Source: Caldimicrobium thiodismutans
Lineage (GTDB): Bacteria > Desulfobacterota > Thermodesulfobacteria > Thermodesulfobacteriales > Thermodesulfobacteriaceae
Reading direction: 5' to 3'
Length of the DNA: 32,000 nt
NCBI RefSeq assembly: GCF_001548275.1
Contig: NZ_AP014945.1
Location: 30,001-62,000 of the forward strand
Shown here: one piece after another, positions 1 to 12,290 of the stretch
Layout of the letters: the number at the start of each line of letters is the position of its first letter
How positions within the stretch are numbered: position 1 is the stretch's first letter
The notes under the pieces: model-generated
What the model saw: the letters and a program-made list of their open reading frames with translations, nothing else
Database searches by the model: none
What the model was told of the DNA's origin: nothing
Program-made: the position numbers and the translations under genes

Positions 1-480
1 GATTAAAAGAAAGAGAAAGCGTATTTTTGAAGGCAAAAATTCTGAATAAAGGGGTAAAGAAATGGAAAGGATTAACATGATACCCAGGAGTCCAAGGGCT
101 CTATCCAAAACTACACTGAAGCTTGCCTTTTTCCAATTTAACCCAGCCCTGGTTAAACAATAAGATCTTAAAGCATCACCTGCTATGATGCCAGGAAAAA
201 TAGTATTAAGAGAAAAGCCCATAAGATAATTTCTGAGGTAAAAAAAGAGTTTTTCCCGAAAATTCCATGCTGAGCAAATCGTTTTCCATCTAACAGCTAC
301 AAGAACTTGAAAGGTTATTACACAAAAAAGAGCAAGGATATAATCATAAATCTTCATGCTTTTCCAAAGGGCAAAAATTTTTTCAAAGTCGGTTTTTTTG
401 AAAAGATAAAAAAGAATTCCAAAGGAGATTCCAAAGCGAAGAAGAATTAAAAAAGCGGATTTGACTTTTTTAAATTCCAT
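1..480 (-). CDS. Flippase-like / lysyl-PG-synthase TM-region (UPF0104) family membrane protein, N-terminal 160 codons (3' end runs off the window)
   Basis: Absent from the ORF track because it is open at the window edge. My minus-strand translation from the ATG at 480-478 reads MEFKKVKSAFLILLRFGISFGILFYLFKKTDFEKIFALWKSMKIYDYILALFCVITFQVLVAVRWKTICSAWNF...NTIFPGIIAGDALRSYCLTRAG... and stays open to base 1. The pattern of TM helices, RW and PG..GD..R fits UPF0104. Its start overlaps the truB stop by 11 nt. Confidence 0.6.
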   Translation of the reverse strand, partial: MEFKKVKSAFLILLRFGISFGILFYLFKKTDFEKIFALWKSMKIYDYILALFCVITFQVLVAVRWKTICSAWNFREKLFFYLRNYLMGFSLNTIFPGIIAGDALRSYCLTRAGLNWKKASFSVVLDRALGLLGIMLILSISLPLYSEFLPSKIRFLFLLI

Positions 481-1423
481 TTTTGAAAACTCTTAGATAA
501 CTTATGTAAGGCTTTTCTTTCTGGTGAAGGGGATTTTCAATTATGGCAACTAATCTTCCTTTAGGATCCAGAAGGCGAATCCACTTTTCTGTAAGGGATA
601 AACTTAATTTTTGAAATTTGATCAAGGATAAAAAGGCGGTTCGATTAATTAAATGCCCTTCCCTTACTCTTTGCGAAAAATCTTCACTAATTGTGACCTT
701 AGGAAGGAACTCAAGGGCTTTGGAGAGGGGGATCAGAATTTCCTTTATTTTTTCTGGATTATTTTTTACTATATTCTGAATTTCTTCAAGGGTGTGGGCC
801 TGCTCAAGGGTAAAGATACTCTTTTGAGTTCTTCTAAGAGAGGCAAGGACCGCTCCACAGCCTAATTTTTCACCCAACTGGTGCACTAAGCTTCGCACAT
901 AAGTTCCCTTAGAGCATTTAAGATAAAAGGTGCATCTTCCCTCTTTAAAGTTTTTAATTTCAAACTGATAGACCTTTATTTTTTTAGGTGCCTTTGGAAT
1001 TAAGAGGCCATCTCTTGCATATTTATAAAGAGGTCTTCCTCTGAATTTGGCAGCTGAATAGGGAGGAGGAATCTGCTCAAATTCACCCAAAAAATCTTTA
1101 ACTACTCCTTGGATTCTTTCAAGAGTTATATCCTTAACCTCATATCTTGCCAGAACCTCTCCGGTTATATCGTAAGTATCTGAAGTAAGGCCAAGCTGGA
1201 ACTCTCCTTCATAAGCCTTATCACCTTCAAGAAAGATCTGGGCAACTTTGGTAGCTTCATTCAAAAAAATAGGTAAAACCCCTGTTGCAATAGGATCAAG
1301 GGTTCCTCCATGTCCAGCTTTTTTAACCTTGAGAAGTTTTTTAATCTTTTCTAAAGCAGAAGTTGAGGTTTCCCCTGTTGGCTTATCCAAGACAAGAATT
1401 CCACTTATGCCCTTTTCTTTCAC
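470..1423 (-). CDS. truB: tRNA pseudouridine(55) synthase TruB
   Basis: 317 aa with the TruB signature GHGGTLDPIATGVLPI. It sits downstream of rbfA, as in the conserved infB-rbfA-truB operon. Confidence 0.95.
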   Translation of the reverse strand: MKEKGISGILVLDKPTGETSTSALEKIKKLLKVKKAGHGGTLDPIATGVLPIFLNEATKVAQIFLEGDKAYEGEFQLGLTSDTYDITGEVLARYEVKDITLERIQGVVKDFLGEFEQIPPPYSAAKFRGRPLYKYARDGLLIPKAPKKIKVYQFEIKNFKEGRCTFYLKCSKGTYVRSLVHQLGEKLGCGAVLASLRRTQKSIFTLEQAHTLEEIQNIVKNNPEKIKEILIPLSKALEFLPKVTISEDFSQRVREGHLINRTAFLSLIKFQKLSLSLTEKWIRLLDPKGRLVAIIENPLHQKEKPYISYLRVFKNGI

Positions 1424-2388
1424 AGATATTCCTCTAAGGTCTTTTGAAAATCCTTTAAAAAGTCTTCAAGCGATATATTATTCACAGTAAAACCACAAGC
1501 AAATCTATGTCCTCCCCCTCCATACCTTTTGGCTAATGGTAAAACCTCAACAGGAGCCTTACTTCTTAAACTTACTTTGATCACCTTTGGTTTGGACTCT
1601 TTAATAAAAGCAGAGATCTTAACCCCCCTTATTGAGCGCATAAAACCAGCTAAATCATTTAAGGCCTTCTCTCCTCCAAGAGCCTTCAGCTCCTCAAAGG
1701 TTAGGTAGGAAAAGGCAATGGTTTTATCTTTTAAAAAGGTTAACTTTTGGAGAAGGCTCTTGAGAGCCTCAATCTGAGAAAAAGGGATATTTTCAAAAAG
1801 CTCTCTGGCTATGTATGATGGTCTTGCCCCGTAATCCAGAAGCTCCTGAGCTACCTTAAATATATCTCCTTTAACATTTTCATAACGGAAACCACCTGTA
1901 TCATAATAAAGACCTGCAAGTAGGTTTTCTGCAATATCAGGAGTAATTTTTATGTTCAGCGCCTTTAATACACGAAAGATTAAAACTGTAGTTGAGGCCT
2001 CTTCTGGGTTAATACAAAGTATGGGAGATGAAACTTGAAATGTCTCACACTCTTCCCTTTGATGGTGATCAAAAATTAGAACTTCCTTTGGCTTAAGCTT
2101 TGTTCTTATGTCTTCAGGAATCCTTTTCTCGCACTGGGCATCAAATATAACAAGCAGATCCATATCCAAAGAGTTTTTTATATCTTCAGGCCCTCTAAGT
2201 TTTTCAATTCCCTTTAGAAATAATGCATTTGAAGGGAGCTCCTCAACCAGAGGGAGACAATTCTTTTCCGGAAAGGCAAGGGTAAAGGCAAGCATTGAAG
2301 CGATACCATCTACATCTGGATTTTGATGTGTGACAAGCACAATCCTTTGGGCAGAATCTATAGCCTGGAAAATGGGTTCAATTAACAT
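1420..2388 (-). CDS. nrnA: DHH/DHHA1 phosphoesterase, NrnA-like (nanoRNase / pAp phosphatase family)
   Basis: 322 aa with motifs HQNPDVDG, IFDHHQ and GGGGHRFACG (DHHA1). There is a 4-nt ATGA-type overlap with truB. The position next to rbfA is a known synteny, for example in actinobacteria. Confidence 0.8.
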   Translation of the reverse strand: MLIEPIFQAIDSAQRIVLVTHQNPDVDGIASMLAFTLAFPEKNCLPLVEELPSNALFLKGIEKLRGPEDIKNSLDMDLLVIFDAQCEKRIPEDIRTKLKPKEVLIFDHHQREECETFQVSSPILCINPEEASTTVLIFRVLKALNIKITPDIAENLLAGLYYDTGGFRYENVKGDIFKVAQELLDYGARPSYIARELFENIPFSQIEALKSLLQKLTFLKDKTIAFSYLTFEELKALGGEKALNDLAGFMRSIRGVKISAFIKESKPKVIKVSLRSKAPVEVLPLAKRYGGGGHRFACGFTVNNISLEDFLKDFQKTLEEYL

Positions 2389-2733
2389 TTAAATCTCAGG
2401 TTTTTTGATTTTTTCAAACAATGCTATAAGACGCCTTTCTTCCTCATCAGAGGTATCTATTTTAAACTCAATCTCAGGCATAAATTTAAGAGTTATTTTC
2501 TCTGAAAGTAATCTTTTGATATATCCTTTAGACCGGTTTAGGGCAGATTCTATCTCTTTGGGATCATTATCAAAGACTCTAAAAAAGATAATGGCCTTTT
2601 TAAGATCTGAGCCAATTTTAATGCCAGTTATACTGATTATATTTTTAAAAATAGGGTCATTTAGTTCATATAAAACTATTTCGGAGATAGCTTCTCTAAG
2701 AAGGCTGGCAACTTTTTCTGATCGTCTGGACAT
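2389..2733 (-). CDS. rbfA: Ribosome-binding factor A
   Basis: 114 aa with an RbfA-like N-terminus (RSEKVASLLREAISEIV) and the expected operon position after infB. Confidence 0.9.
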   Translation of the reverse strand: MSRRSEKVASLLREAISEIVLYELNDPIFKNIISITGIKIGSDLKKAIIFFRVFDNDPKEIESALNRSKGYIKRLLSEKITLKFMPEIEFKIDTSDEEERRLIALFEKIKKPEI

Positions 2734-2744
2734 GTCTTACGACC

Positions 2745-3035
2745 TCAGTAATCAAGATATTCCACATCGGCACTGATCATTTCAAGGGCACTTTCTTTTT
2801 GGATAAAGTCAAGAAGAGTAGTTAGCCTGCTATCCACAAAAGGTCTATCTTTTCCAACCACACTTATACCCAGAACAATCCTTTGCCAGAGGTCATGGCC
2901 ATCAACTTCTGCGATAGAGACCCTTTTGAAATTTGCCTCAATTCTTTGCATAAGAGCTCTCAAAATCTGTCGTTTAGCTTTTAAGGAATTGGGTTCAGGA
3001 AAATAAAGCTCAACTCTTGCAACTCCTACTACCAT
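2745..3035 (-). CDS. DUF503 (YlxP-like) protein
   Basis: 96 aa. It begins VARVELYFPEPNSLKAKRQIL, typical of DUF503, and lies in the conserved slot between infB and rbfA. Confidence 0.8.
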   Translation of the reverse strand: MVVGVARVELYFPEPNSLKAKRQILRALMQRIEANFKRVSIAEVDGHDLWQRIVLGISVVGKDRPFVDSRLTTLLDFIQKESALEMISADVEYLDY

Positions 3036-3036
3036 A

Positions 3037-5535
3037 TTAGAGTTCCTGACTGATCTCCTTTATCTCAAAGGCCTCAAGGAGATCCCCCTCTTTAATATCA
3101 TTGAAGTTTTCAATCTTAATACCACATTCATAACCAGCCTGAACCTCTCTGACATCCTCTTTAAATCTCTTAAGACTGGCAATTTTTCCTGTATATATAA
3201 CTACTCCATCTCGGATAACTCGTATTTTATGGTTTCTATTAATGTTTCCTTCTCTAACATAACATCCTGCTACGACTCCAACCTTCGGAACTTTAAATGT
3301 GGCTCTAACCTCAGCCACACCACCAACTACTTCTTCATAGGATGGTTCAAGAAGTCCGGTCATGGCCTTCTTTATGTCCTCAAGGAGGTGATAGATAACA
3401 TCGTAAAAGCGGATATCTACTCCTTCTTTCTTAGCTATTTCTTTAGCTTGAGGGGAGGGTTTCACATTAAAGCCTATTACAATAGCATCTGAAGCTGAAG
3501 CAAGCATAACATCACTTTCACTGATGGCTCCAATGCCTGCACGAATAATACTTACCCTCACTTTATCGGTAGAAAGCTTTACCAAGGAACTTTGAAGGGC
3601 CTCTAAGGTTCCCTGAGTATCTGCCTTAAGAACTAATTTAAGCTCCTTTAATTCTCCCTCAGAGAGTTTTTCAAAAATTTTTTCAAGACTAATCTTAGCT
3701 TCCTTAGCTGTTTCTGCTTCTCTGGCCTTGCGCTGACGATACTCAGCTACCTTTCTTGCCTTTTCCTCATCTTCAAGAACAAAAAAGTCATCTCCTGCTG
3801 AAGGGAGCTCTTCAAAACCAAGAATTTCAACCGGGGTTGAAGGGGTAGCTATACTTAATCTATTTCCGTAGCTATCAAACATGGCTCTGACTCTGCCATA
3901 GGTGTTTCCACAAACAAAGATATCTCCCTCTTTTAAAGTCCCTTCTTGAACAAGAATTGTAGCTACAGGACCTTTGCCCTTGTCAAGTCTGCTTTCAATG
4001 ACTCTACCTCTTGCTGGTCTTTCATAGGCAGCTTTTAGGTCTAACATCTCCGCCTGAAGTAAAACAAGTTCAAGGAGATCTTCAATTCCAATTTTATTGC
4101 GGGCAGAGATATTGGCCATAAGGGTCTCTCCACCCCATTCTTCAGGGACAAGCCCAAGTTCAGCTAATTGAGATTTAACTTTTTCAGGGTTGGCATTGGG
4201 TTTATCAATTTTATTTATAGCTACAACAATTGGAACACCTGCGGCACGGGCATGTTCTATGGCCTCTTTAGTCTGTTCCATAACCCCATCATCAGCCGCA
4301 ACAACGAGGATCACGATATCCGTTACTTGAGCTCCCCTTGCCCTCATGGAGGTAAAGGCCTCATGCCCTGGAGTATCAATAAAAGTAATCTTTTTTCCTC
4401 CATCTAAACTTACTGTGTAGGCTCCGATGTGTTGAGTTATTCCACCAGCCTCTCTACTAACTACATCCGTTTTTCTTATTGCATCAAGAAGTGAGGTCTT
4501 TCCATGATCCACATGACCCATGACAGTTACTACTGGAGGCCTTGGTTTGAGTTCCTCAGGAGAGGGAGGGGTATATTGCAAAAGAATTTCCTCTTCAATT
4601 AAGGCTTTTTCAACTTGATATCCAAACTCATCCGCTAAAATAGCCGCTGTGTCAGGATCTATAGATTGATTGATAGTAAGAGGCATCCCTAATTGTAGGG
4701 CTCTTTTAATGAGGTCTCCAGCCTTTACCCCCATAAGCTTAGCCAGTTCTCCTACCTGAATGGATTCAAAAACTCTTATTTTTTTCTCCTTAGGAGGAAG
4801 GGTAGATGGTCTTGAAGGGGCTTTTTCTCTGCGGGCAGGAGCCTTTATATGCGGTTTTTCTTCCTCTTCTGGAAATTCTTCAAAAAGAGTTGTAACCTCC
4901 TCTTCAAAGATCTCTTCAATTTCTTCTCTTTCTTCCTTTGCCCTTTTAAAGGAAGGGGCCTTCTTTTTGGGTTTTCTTTTCTCCTCTTTTAATTCCTCTT
5001 TTTTCTTTTTGCGTGGCTCTTCTTTTTCAGGAACTTTTGGAATCTCAAGGGGTGGAGCTTTGGTCTCTTCTGTAATTCCTTTTGGTCTAAAGGGTCTTTC
5101 TCTACGGGGTTTGAATTCAGTAACTATCCTTTTTTCTTGAGGGGCTTCAGAAATAACTTCCTCTTCTGTGCCTTCAGAAATCTCTGGTATCTCTTTTAGT
5201 TCCTCTTCAGTCTTAATGGTAAGTTTTTCTTCCTCTTCAAGGATAGGTGGAGAAGGAGGGGGCGAAGGAGGGGAGGGAGGAATTTCTTCTTCAGGTTCTG
5301 CCCTTTTCTTAACAATTAATTTTATTTTTTTGGGTTTTTCTTCTATTTCTTCCTTTTTGATAATGATAATCTCATTTTTTGGCTTATAGAGTTTACGAAT
5401 CTCTTCTGCCTCCTCTTCCGTGAGGGTAGAAGAGACAGATTTTATAGAATATCCCCTTTCTTTTAGATCCTGTAATAGGTCCTTAGGATCCAAATTTAAT
5501 TCCTTGGCCAGTTCATTAACTTTAATCTTTGCCAT
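3037..5535 (-). CDS. infB: Translation initiation factor IF-2
   Basis: 832 aa with G-domain motifs [13 protein letters not shown] and NKID. The N-terminus is E/K-rich and contains a [12 protein letters not shown] linker. Confidence 0.97.
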   Translation of the reverse strand: MAKIKVNELAKELNLDPKDLLQDLKERGYSIKSVSSTLTEEEAEEIRKLYKPKNEIIIIKKEEIEEKPKKIKLIVKKRAEPEEEIPPSPPSPPPSPPILEEEEKLTIKTEEELKEIPEISEGTEEEVISEAPQEKRIVTEFKPRRERPFRPKGITEETKAPPLEIPKVPEKEEPRKKKKEELKEEKRKPKKKAPSFKRAKEEREEIEEIFEEEVTTLFEEFPEEEEKPHIKAPARREKAPSRPSTLPPKEKKIRVFESIQVGELAKLMGVKAGDLIKRALQLGMPLTINQSIDPDTAAILADEFGYQVEKALIEEEILLQYTPPSPEELKPRPPVVTVMGHVDHGKTSLLDAIRKTDVVSREAGGITQHIGAYTVSLDGGKKITFIDTPGHEAFTSMRARGAQVTDIVILVVAADDGVMEQTKEAIEHARAAGVPIVVAINKIDKPNANPEKVKSQLAELGLVPEEWGGETLMANISARNKIGIEDLLELVLLQAEMLDLKAAYERPARGRVIESRLDKGKGPVATILVQEGTLKEGDIFVCGNTYGRVRAMFDSYGNRLSIATPSTPVEILGFEELPSAGDDFFVLEDEEKARKVAEYRQRKAREAETAKEAKISLEKIFEKLSEGELKELKLVLKADTQGTLEALQSSLVKLSTDKVRVSIIRAGIGAISESDVMLASASDAIVIGFNVKPSPQAKEIAKKEGVDIRFYDVIYHLLEDIKKAMTGLLEPSYEEVVGGVAEVRATFKVPKVGVVAGCYVREGNINRNHKIRVIRDGVVIYTGKIASLKRFKEDVREVQAGYECGIKIENFNDIKEGDLLEAFEIKEISQEL

Positions 5536-5642
5536 CTAATATAACAGCCCCTTTAAAGAAATTTTTTTAATCTTAATCTTAAAGTCTTAAAATTCAAGGT
5601 CTCTCTCTTTTTTTTTGGAAAAGATAGATTAATATTTAAGTT

Positions 5643-6374
5643 ATGAAACAGGTTATCATTATTCCTGCTCGTTATGGTTCAACTCGTTTTCCTGGGAAAC
5701 CTTTAGTTCAACTTTTTGGGAAACCATTAATTCAACATGTTTATGAAAGGGCACTTGAATCAGGGCTTAAGGAAGTTTATGTGGCAACTGATGATAAAAG
5801 GATCTTTGATACAGTGGTAGACTTCGGTGGTAAGGCGGTTATGACTGGTGAACACCCCTCAGGAACGGATCGCATCTGGGAAGCGGCAAACATTCTTGGC
5901 TTAGCCTCTGAGACTCTTATCATTAATCTTCAAGGTGACCAACCCCTTTTCCCTTCTGAGTATTTTTCTCTTTTGCTTAAGCCTCTTTTATTTTCTACTG
6001 AACTTTCTATGGCAACCTTAGCTGTTCCTATTCATTCAAAAAAGGATTTGGATAACCCTCATAAAGTTAAAGTAGTTTTGGATAAAAAGGGTAGGGCCCT
6101 TTATTTTTCAAGAAGCCCCATTCCCTTTTTTAGACCACCAGGTAAAGAGCCCATCTATTTAAAACACATTGGTGTATATGCTTACCGTAAAGAGTTTCTG
6201 GATATTTTTGTGAGACTTCCTCTGGGAGAGCTTGAGCAAGCTGAAAAGCTTGAGCAACTCAGAGCTTTAGAGTATGGATACTCCATTGCTGTAAGCCTTG
6301 TTCCAAGAGATATTCCTGAGGTGGATACTCCTGAAGATTTAGAGATTGTTAAAACTTGCTGGGAGAAACTATGA
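5643..6374 (+). CDS. kdsB: 3-deoxy-manno-octulosonate cytidylyltransferase (CMP-KDO synthetase)
   Basis: 243 aa. It shows the KdsB N-terminus IIPARYGSTRFPGKPL and the NLQGDQP motif. Confidence 0.92.
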   Translation: MKQVIIIPARYGSTRFPGKPLVQLFGKPLIQHVYERALESGLKEVYVATDDKRIFDTVVDFGGKAVMTGEHPSGTDRIWEAANILGLASETLIINLQGDQPLFPSEYFSLLLKPLLFSTELSMATLAVPIHSKKDLDNPHKVKVVLDKKGRALYFSRSPIPFFRPPGKEPIYLKHIGVYAYRKEFLDIFVRLPLGELEQAEKLEQLRALEYGYSIAVSLVPRDIPEVDTPEDLEIVKTCWEKL

Positions 6375-7186
6375 AGAGACCCCCGGTGGTTGCTAACTAT
6401 TTTTATCCTGGAGATAAAGCAACCCTCTCTTCCATGCTTGAAGAGCTTATTGAATTTTCAGAGGAGAAGCTGCAAGCTAAAGGAATTGTTGTTCCCCATG
6501 CAGGGTATATTTATTCAGGTAAGGTTGCAGGTAAGGTTTACGGAAGAATTGTCCCCCCTGATTTTGCTATTATTCTCGGGCCCAATCATACAGGGCTTGG
6601 AGCTAATGTTTCCCTTTTTGGAGGAGAGGCCTTTTTAACCCCTTTTGGTGAGACAAAGATAAACACTGAGCTTGCTAACCTAATCCTTGAAAGATGTCCT
6701 TTTCTTGAGGTAGATAACCTTGCCCATCAGAGAGAACATTCCCTTGAGGTTCAGCTCCCCTTTTTGCAATATTTAAATCCTGAGGTTGAAATTGTGCCTA
6801 TTTGTTTAATGGACCTCTCTTATACAGAGATAGAGGAGCTTGGAAGTGCTCTTGGCTCAGCTATAGAGGAATTTGAGGAGAAGACAGGTGAAAATGTGCT
6901 TCTTGTAGCAAGCTCAGATTTTAGCCACTATGAGACTCAAAATATCGCTATGCAAAAAGATTCACTTGCAATTGAGGCTATTTTGGAACTATCAGCAGAA
7001 AAACTTCTTCAAGTAGTTTATGAAAGAAGTATAAGTATGTGCGGGGTATTACCTGTTGCGGTTAATATAATAGCAAGTAAGATACTTGGAGCTGAAAAGG
7101 CTATTCTTATTGATTACAAAACCTCGGGAGATATTACTGGAGATTATTCCGCTGTAGTTGGTTATGGAGGTATAATTTTTTATTAA
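6371..7186 (+). CDS. MEMO1-family protein (AmmeMemoRadiSam system protein B)
   Basis: Memo-like motifs are present (PHAGYIYSG, REHSLEVQLPFL, SSDFSHY). I prefer the ATG at 6371, which overlaps the kdsB TGA as ATGA, over the track start at 6356. No AMMECR1 or radical-SAM partner is in the window. Confidence 0.8.
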   Translation: MKRPPVVANYFYPGDKATLSSMLEELIEFSEEKLQAKGIVVPHAGYIYSGKVAGKVYGRIVPPDFAIILGPNHTGLGANVSLFGGEAFLTPFGETKINTELANLILERCPFLEVDNLAHQREHSLEVQLPFLQYLNPEVEIVPICLMDLSYTEIEELGSALGSAIEEFEEKTGENVLLVASSDFSHYETQNIAMQKDSLAIEAILELSAEKLLQVVYERSISMCGVLPVAVNIIASKILGAEKAILIDYKTSGDITGDYSAVVGYGGIIFY

Positions 7187-7198
7187 GGAGGTTTCAGA

Positions 7199-8593
7199 TT
7201 GAAAGAGGTTATAACACGCTTTCCTCCAAGTCCAACCGGACACCTTCACCTTGGTGGAGCAAGGACTGCCCTTTTCAATTTTCTCTTTGCAAGACACCAT
7301 AAAGGAAAATTTATTCTTCGCTTTGAGGATACGGATAGAGAAAGATCAAAGGATGAATATGTGGACTCTATACGAGAGGCCTTAGAATGGTTGGGATTAA
7401 ATTGGGATGAAGGCCCCTTTTTTCAGAGTAAGCGTTTTGAGATATATCAGGAATATGCTCAAAAACTTTATGCAGAGGGTAAGGCCTATTACTGCGAGTG
7501 CACAAAAGAGGAGCTTGAAGCCCGCAAAAAGAGCCTTCTTGAGAGGGGGTTAAAGCCTCGTTATGATGGCCGATGTAGAGAAAAGAATCTGCCCCAAGGT
7601 CCGGGAAGGGCTTTAAGAATAAAAGTGCCTGATCTTTCGGAAATAGTCTTTGAAGACCTTTTGCGTGGTAAGATCCTTTTTCCTCCGGATGAAGTAGATG
7701 ACTTTATCATTCTTCGTTCAGATGGCTCTCCAACCTATCAATTTGCTGTGGTAATTGACGATTTTACCATGGGTGTAACCCATATAATCAGAGGAGATGA
7801 TCATATCTCAAACACCCCCAAGCAACTTATTATTTATCAACTTCTTGGAGTTTCTCCACCTCAATTTGCTCACATTCCCATGGTTCTTGGGTCTGATGGA
7901 GCAAGGCTTTCTAAAAGGCATGGAGCAAGATCTATTCTTGAATACCGGGATGAGGGCTATCTTCCTCAGGCAGTAGTAAATTATCTGGCAAGGTTGGGCT
8001 GGGGTTATGGAGATCAGGAATATTTTACTCTTGAGGAGCTTATTGAAAAATTTGATTTGAGCAGGGTTAATTTGTCTCCAGCCCGTTTTGATCCGGATAA
8101 GATGCTTGCCTTTAATGCCTTTTGGATTAAGACCTTAGACAATGGTGAGATCTTAAAGCATCTTAGATCCTTTTTATTTCCTTATTCAATAGAGAGATTT
8201 TCAGAGGATTATCTTTGTAGAATCCTTGAGAGTGTGAAACCAAGGGTAAAGACCCTAAAAGAGATGGCTGAGATGATAGACTTTTATCTTCTTGATGAAG
8301 TAAAAGTAGAAGAGAGTGCCAGAAATAAATTTTTGACCCCTCAAATTAAACCCCTTCTTGAAACCTTACTTTTAGATATGGAGAGGCTTAATTTTGAAGA
8401 TGAGAAGATTCTGGAAAGGGAGTTTAGAAATCTTGCTGAGGCCTCAGGTCTTAAGTTAAAAGAATTTGCTCAAGCAGTTAGAGTTGCCCTGACAGGACGG
8501 ACTGTAAGTCCCCCTCTTTTTGAGGTTATGAAACTCTTGGGAAAAGAAAAGGTTAAAAATAGGCTTGAAAAGGCTATAAAAATGATATTTTAG
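7199..8593 (+). CDS. gltX: Glutamyl-tRNA synthetase
   Basis: 464 aa with a class-I HIGH-type motif (PSPTGHLHLGG) and LSKRHG (KMSKS-type). Zn-type cysteines occur at CEC...GRC. The start codon is TTG at 7199, preceded by AAGGAGG at 7185-7191. Confidence 0.95.
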   Translation: MKEVITRFPPSPTGHLHLGGARTALFNFLFARHHKGKFILRFEDTDRERSKDEYVDSIREALEWLGLNWDEGPFFQSKRFEIYQEYAQKLYAEGKAYYCECTKEELEARKKSLLERGLKPRYDGRCREKNLPQGPGRALRIKVPDLSEIVFEDLLRGKILFPPDEVDDFIILRSDGSPTYQFAVVIDDFTMGVTHIIRGDDHISNTPKQLIIYQLLGVSPPQFAHIPMVLGSDGARLSKRHGARSILEYRDEGYLPQAVVNYLARLGWGYGDQEYFTLEELIEKFDLSRVNLSPARFDPDKMLAFNAFWIKTLDNGEILKHLRSFLFPYSIERFSEDYLCRILESVKPRVKTLKEMAEMIDFYLLDEVKVEESARNKFLTPQIKPLLETLLLDMERLNFEDEKILEREFRNLAEASGLKLKEFAQAVRVALTGRTVSPPLFEVMKLLGKEKVKNRLEKAIKMIF

Positions 8594-8700
8594 GAGTCAA
8601 CTATCAGAAAATAGGGTAAGGTAAAAATGTTAGCCATGGCAAATCACCTCGGAATTATTAATCCTTTTATTAAATTTTTGATGGGAATAGAATTAAAGTT

Positions 8701-8768
8701 GTCCCTTACTCCATCCTCCCGTGTGGCGAGAGCTTTTAGCCCAACCAGGCTTTTGGGAGTTGAGGGAC
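8701..8768 (+). other. 68-nt imperfect hairpin / three-way-junction-like structure in the gltX-trpS spacer
   Basis: GTCCCTTACTCC (8701-8712) pairs with GGAGTTGAGGGAC (8756-8768). Inner helices AGCC/GGCT (8738-8751) and CTC/GAG (8716-8732) are possible. It matches no riboswitch or ribozyme consensus I know. Confidence 0.3.
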
Positions 8769-8830
8769 AAAATTGAGCAAAGGAGACATGCTTATATTAT
8801 AAACAAAAAAATTGCAGGAGGTGTATTAAG

Positions 8831-8920
8831 ATGTGGGATCTTTTAATTTTAATTGCAGTTATAGCCCTCTGGGTATTTATATCCCGTTTCATTTTTCCTA
8901 AAATGGGGGTTCCTGTTTGA
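8831..8920 (+). CDS. Small single-TM peptide (29 aa), unlisted ORF
   Basis: AGGAGGTG at 8816-8823 is followed by a 7-nt spacer and ATG at 8831. My translation is MWDLLILIAVIALWVFISRFIFPKMGVPV, ending at TGA 8918-8920. There is no recognisable family. See the finding on the in-frame extension. Confidence 0.45.
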   Translation: MWDLLILIAVIALWVFISRFIFPKMGVPV

Positions 8921-9027
8921 GGAGTTCCATCTTCACCATCTCAGGATGAGATGAAAAATAAGACTACCAATTGTGCTTGCAGCCTTCCTCAGAAAAAGAA
9001 AAAATAAATTTTTTACAGGGTAATAAT

Positions 9028-12178
<3,151 letters not shown>

Positions 12179-12216
12179 CTACTTTTGTATAAGTCCTTAA
12201 TTGCCGGTAGAAATAA

Positions 12217-12243
12217 TCAAAAATACAAAAGCCCTCTTTTGTA
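12217..12243 (-). terminator. Weak AU-rich hairpin + T5, possible terminator between lnt and the ligA promoter
   Basis: The minus strand reads TACAAAAG aggg CTTTTGTA, then TTTTTGA. The stem is 8 bp but AT-rich, so its stability is doubtful. Confidence 0.25.
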
Positions 12244-12266
12244 TGTAGATTTCTTGATGTTATAAT
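12239..12266 (+). promoter_or_regulatory. Predicted strong promoter inside repeat copy A (extended -10)
   Basis: TTGTAT (12239-12244), a 16-nt spacer ending in TGT, then TATAAT (12261-12266). It points toward the 20-codon ORF and antisense to lnt. Confidence 0.45.
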
Positions 12267-12290
12267 ATCACCCAGGAGGTGAAACCCAAA

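Noticed and set aside
5247-5282. G-rich GGAGG/GGGAGG tandem tract as a regulatory or G-quadruplex element
   Set aside because: It is the antisense strand of the [12 protein letters not shown] linker codons inside infB, so coding constraint explains it fully.
3229-5389. Several 70-126-aa plus-strand ORFs opposite infB, plus similar antisense ORFs opposite ligA, ctp, truB, nrnA, rbfA, the pilB-like gene and others
   Set aside because: These are shadow ORFs on the antisense strand of strongly supported genes. Their sequences are serine/glycine/phenylalanine-rich mirror images of E/K-rich coding sequence.
8594-9027. T-box riboswitch or Trp-codon attenuator controlling trpS
   Set aside because: I could find no T-box consensus (GGUGGNACCGCG-like), AG bulge, or distal-loop motifs. 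The small ORFs contain only isolated Trp codons, and no terminator/antiterminator pair precedes trpS.
8971-9027. Long N-terminal extensions from non-ATG starts used by the ORF track: trpS 8971, ligA 12136, pilB-like 25449, memo 6356, TIGR00725 20851, yggT 27984
   Set aside because: In each case an ATG further in gives the canonical family N-terminus. These ATGs have a better SD site, an ATGA-type coupling, or a smaller overlap with the upstream gene, although the trpS and yggT sites are weak. The extensions overlap promoters or neighbouring genes.
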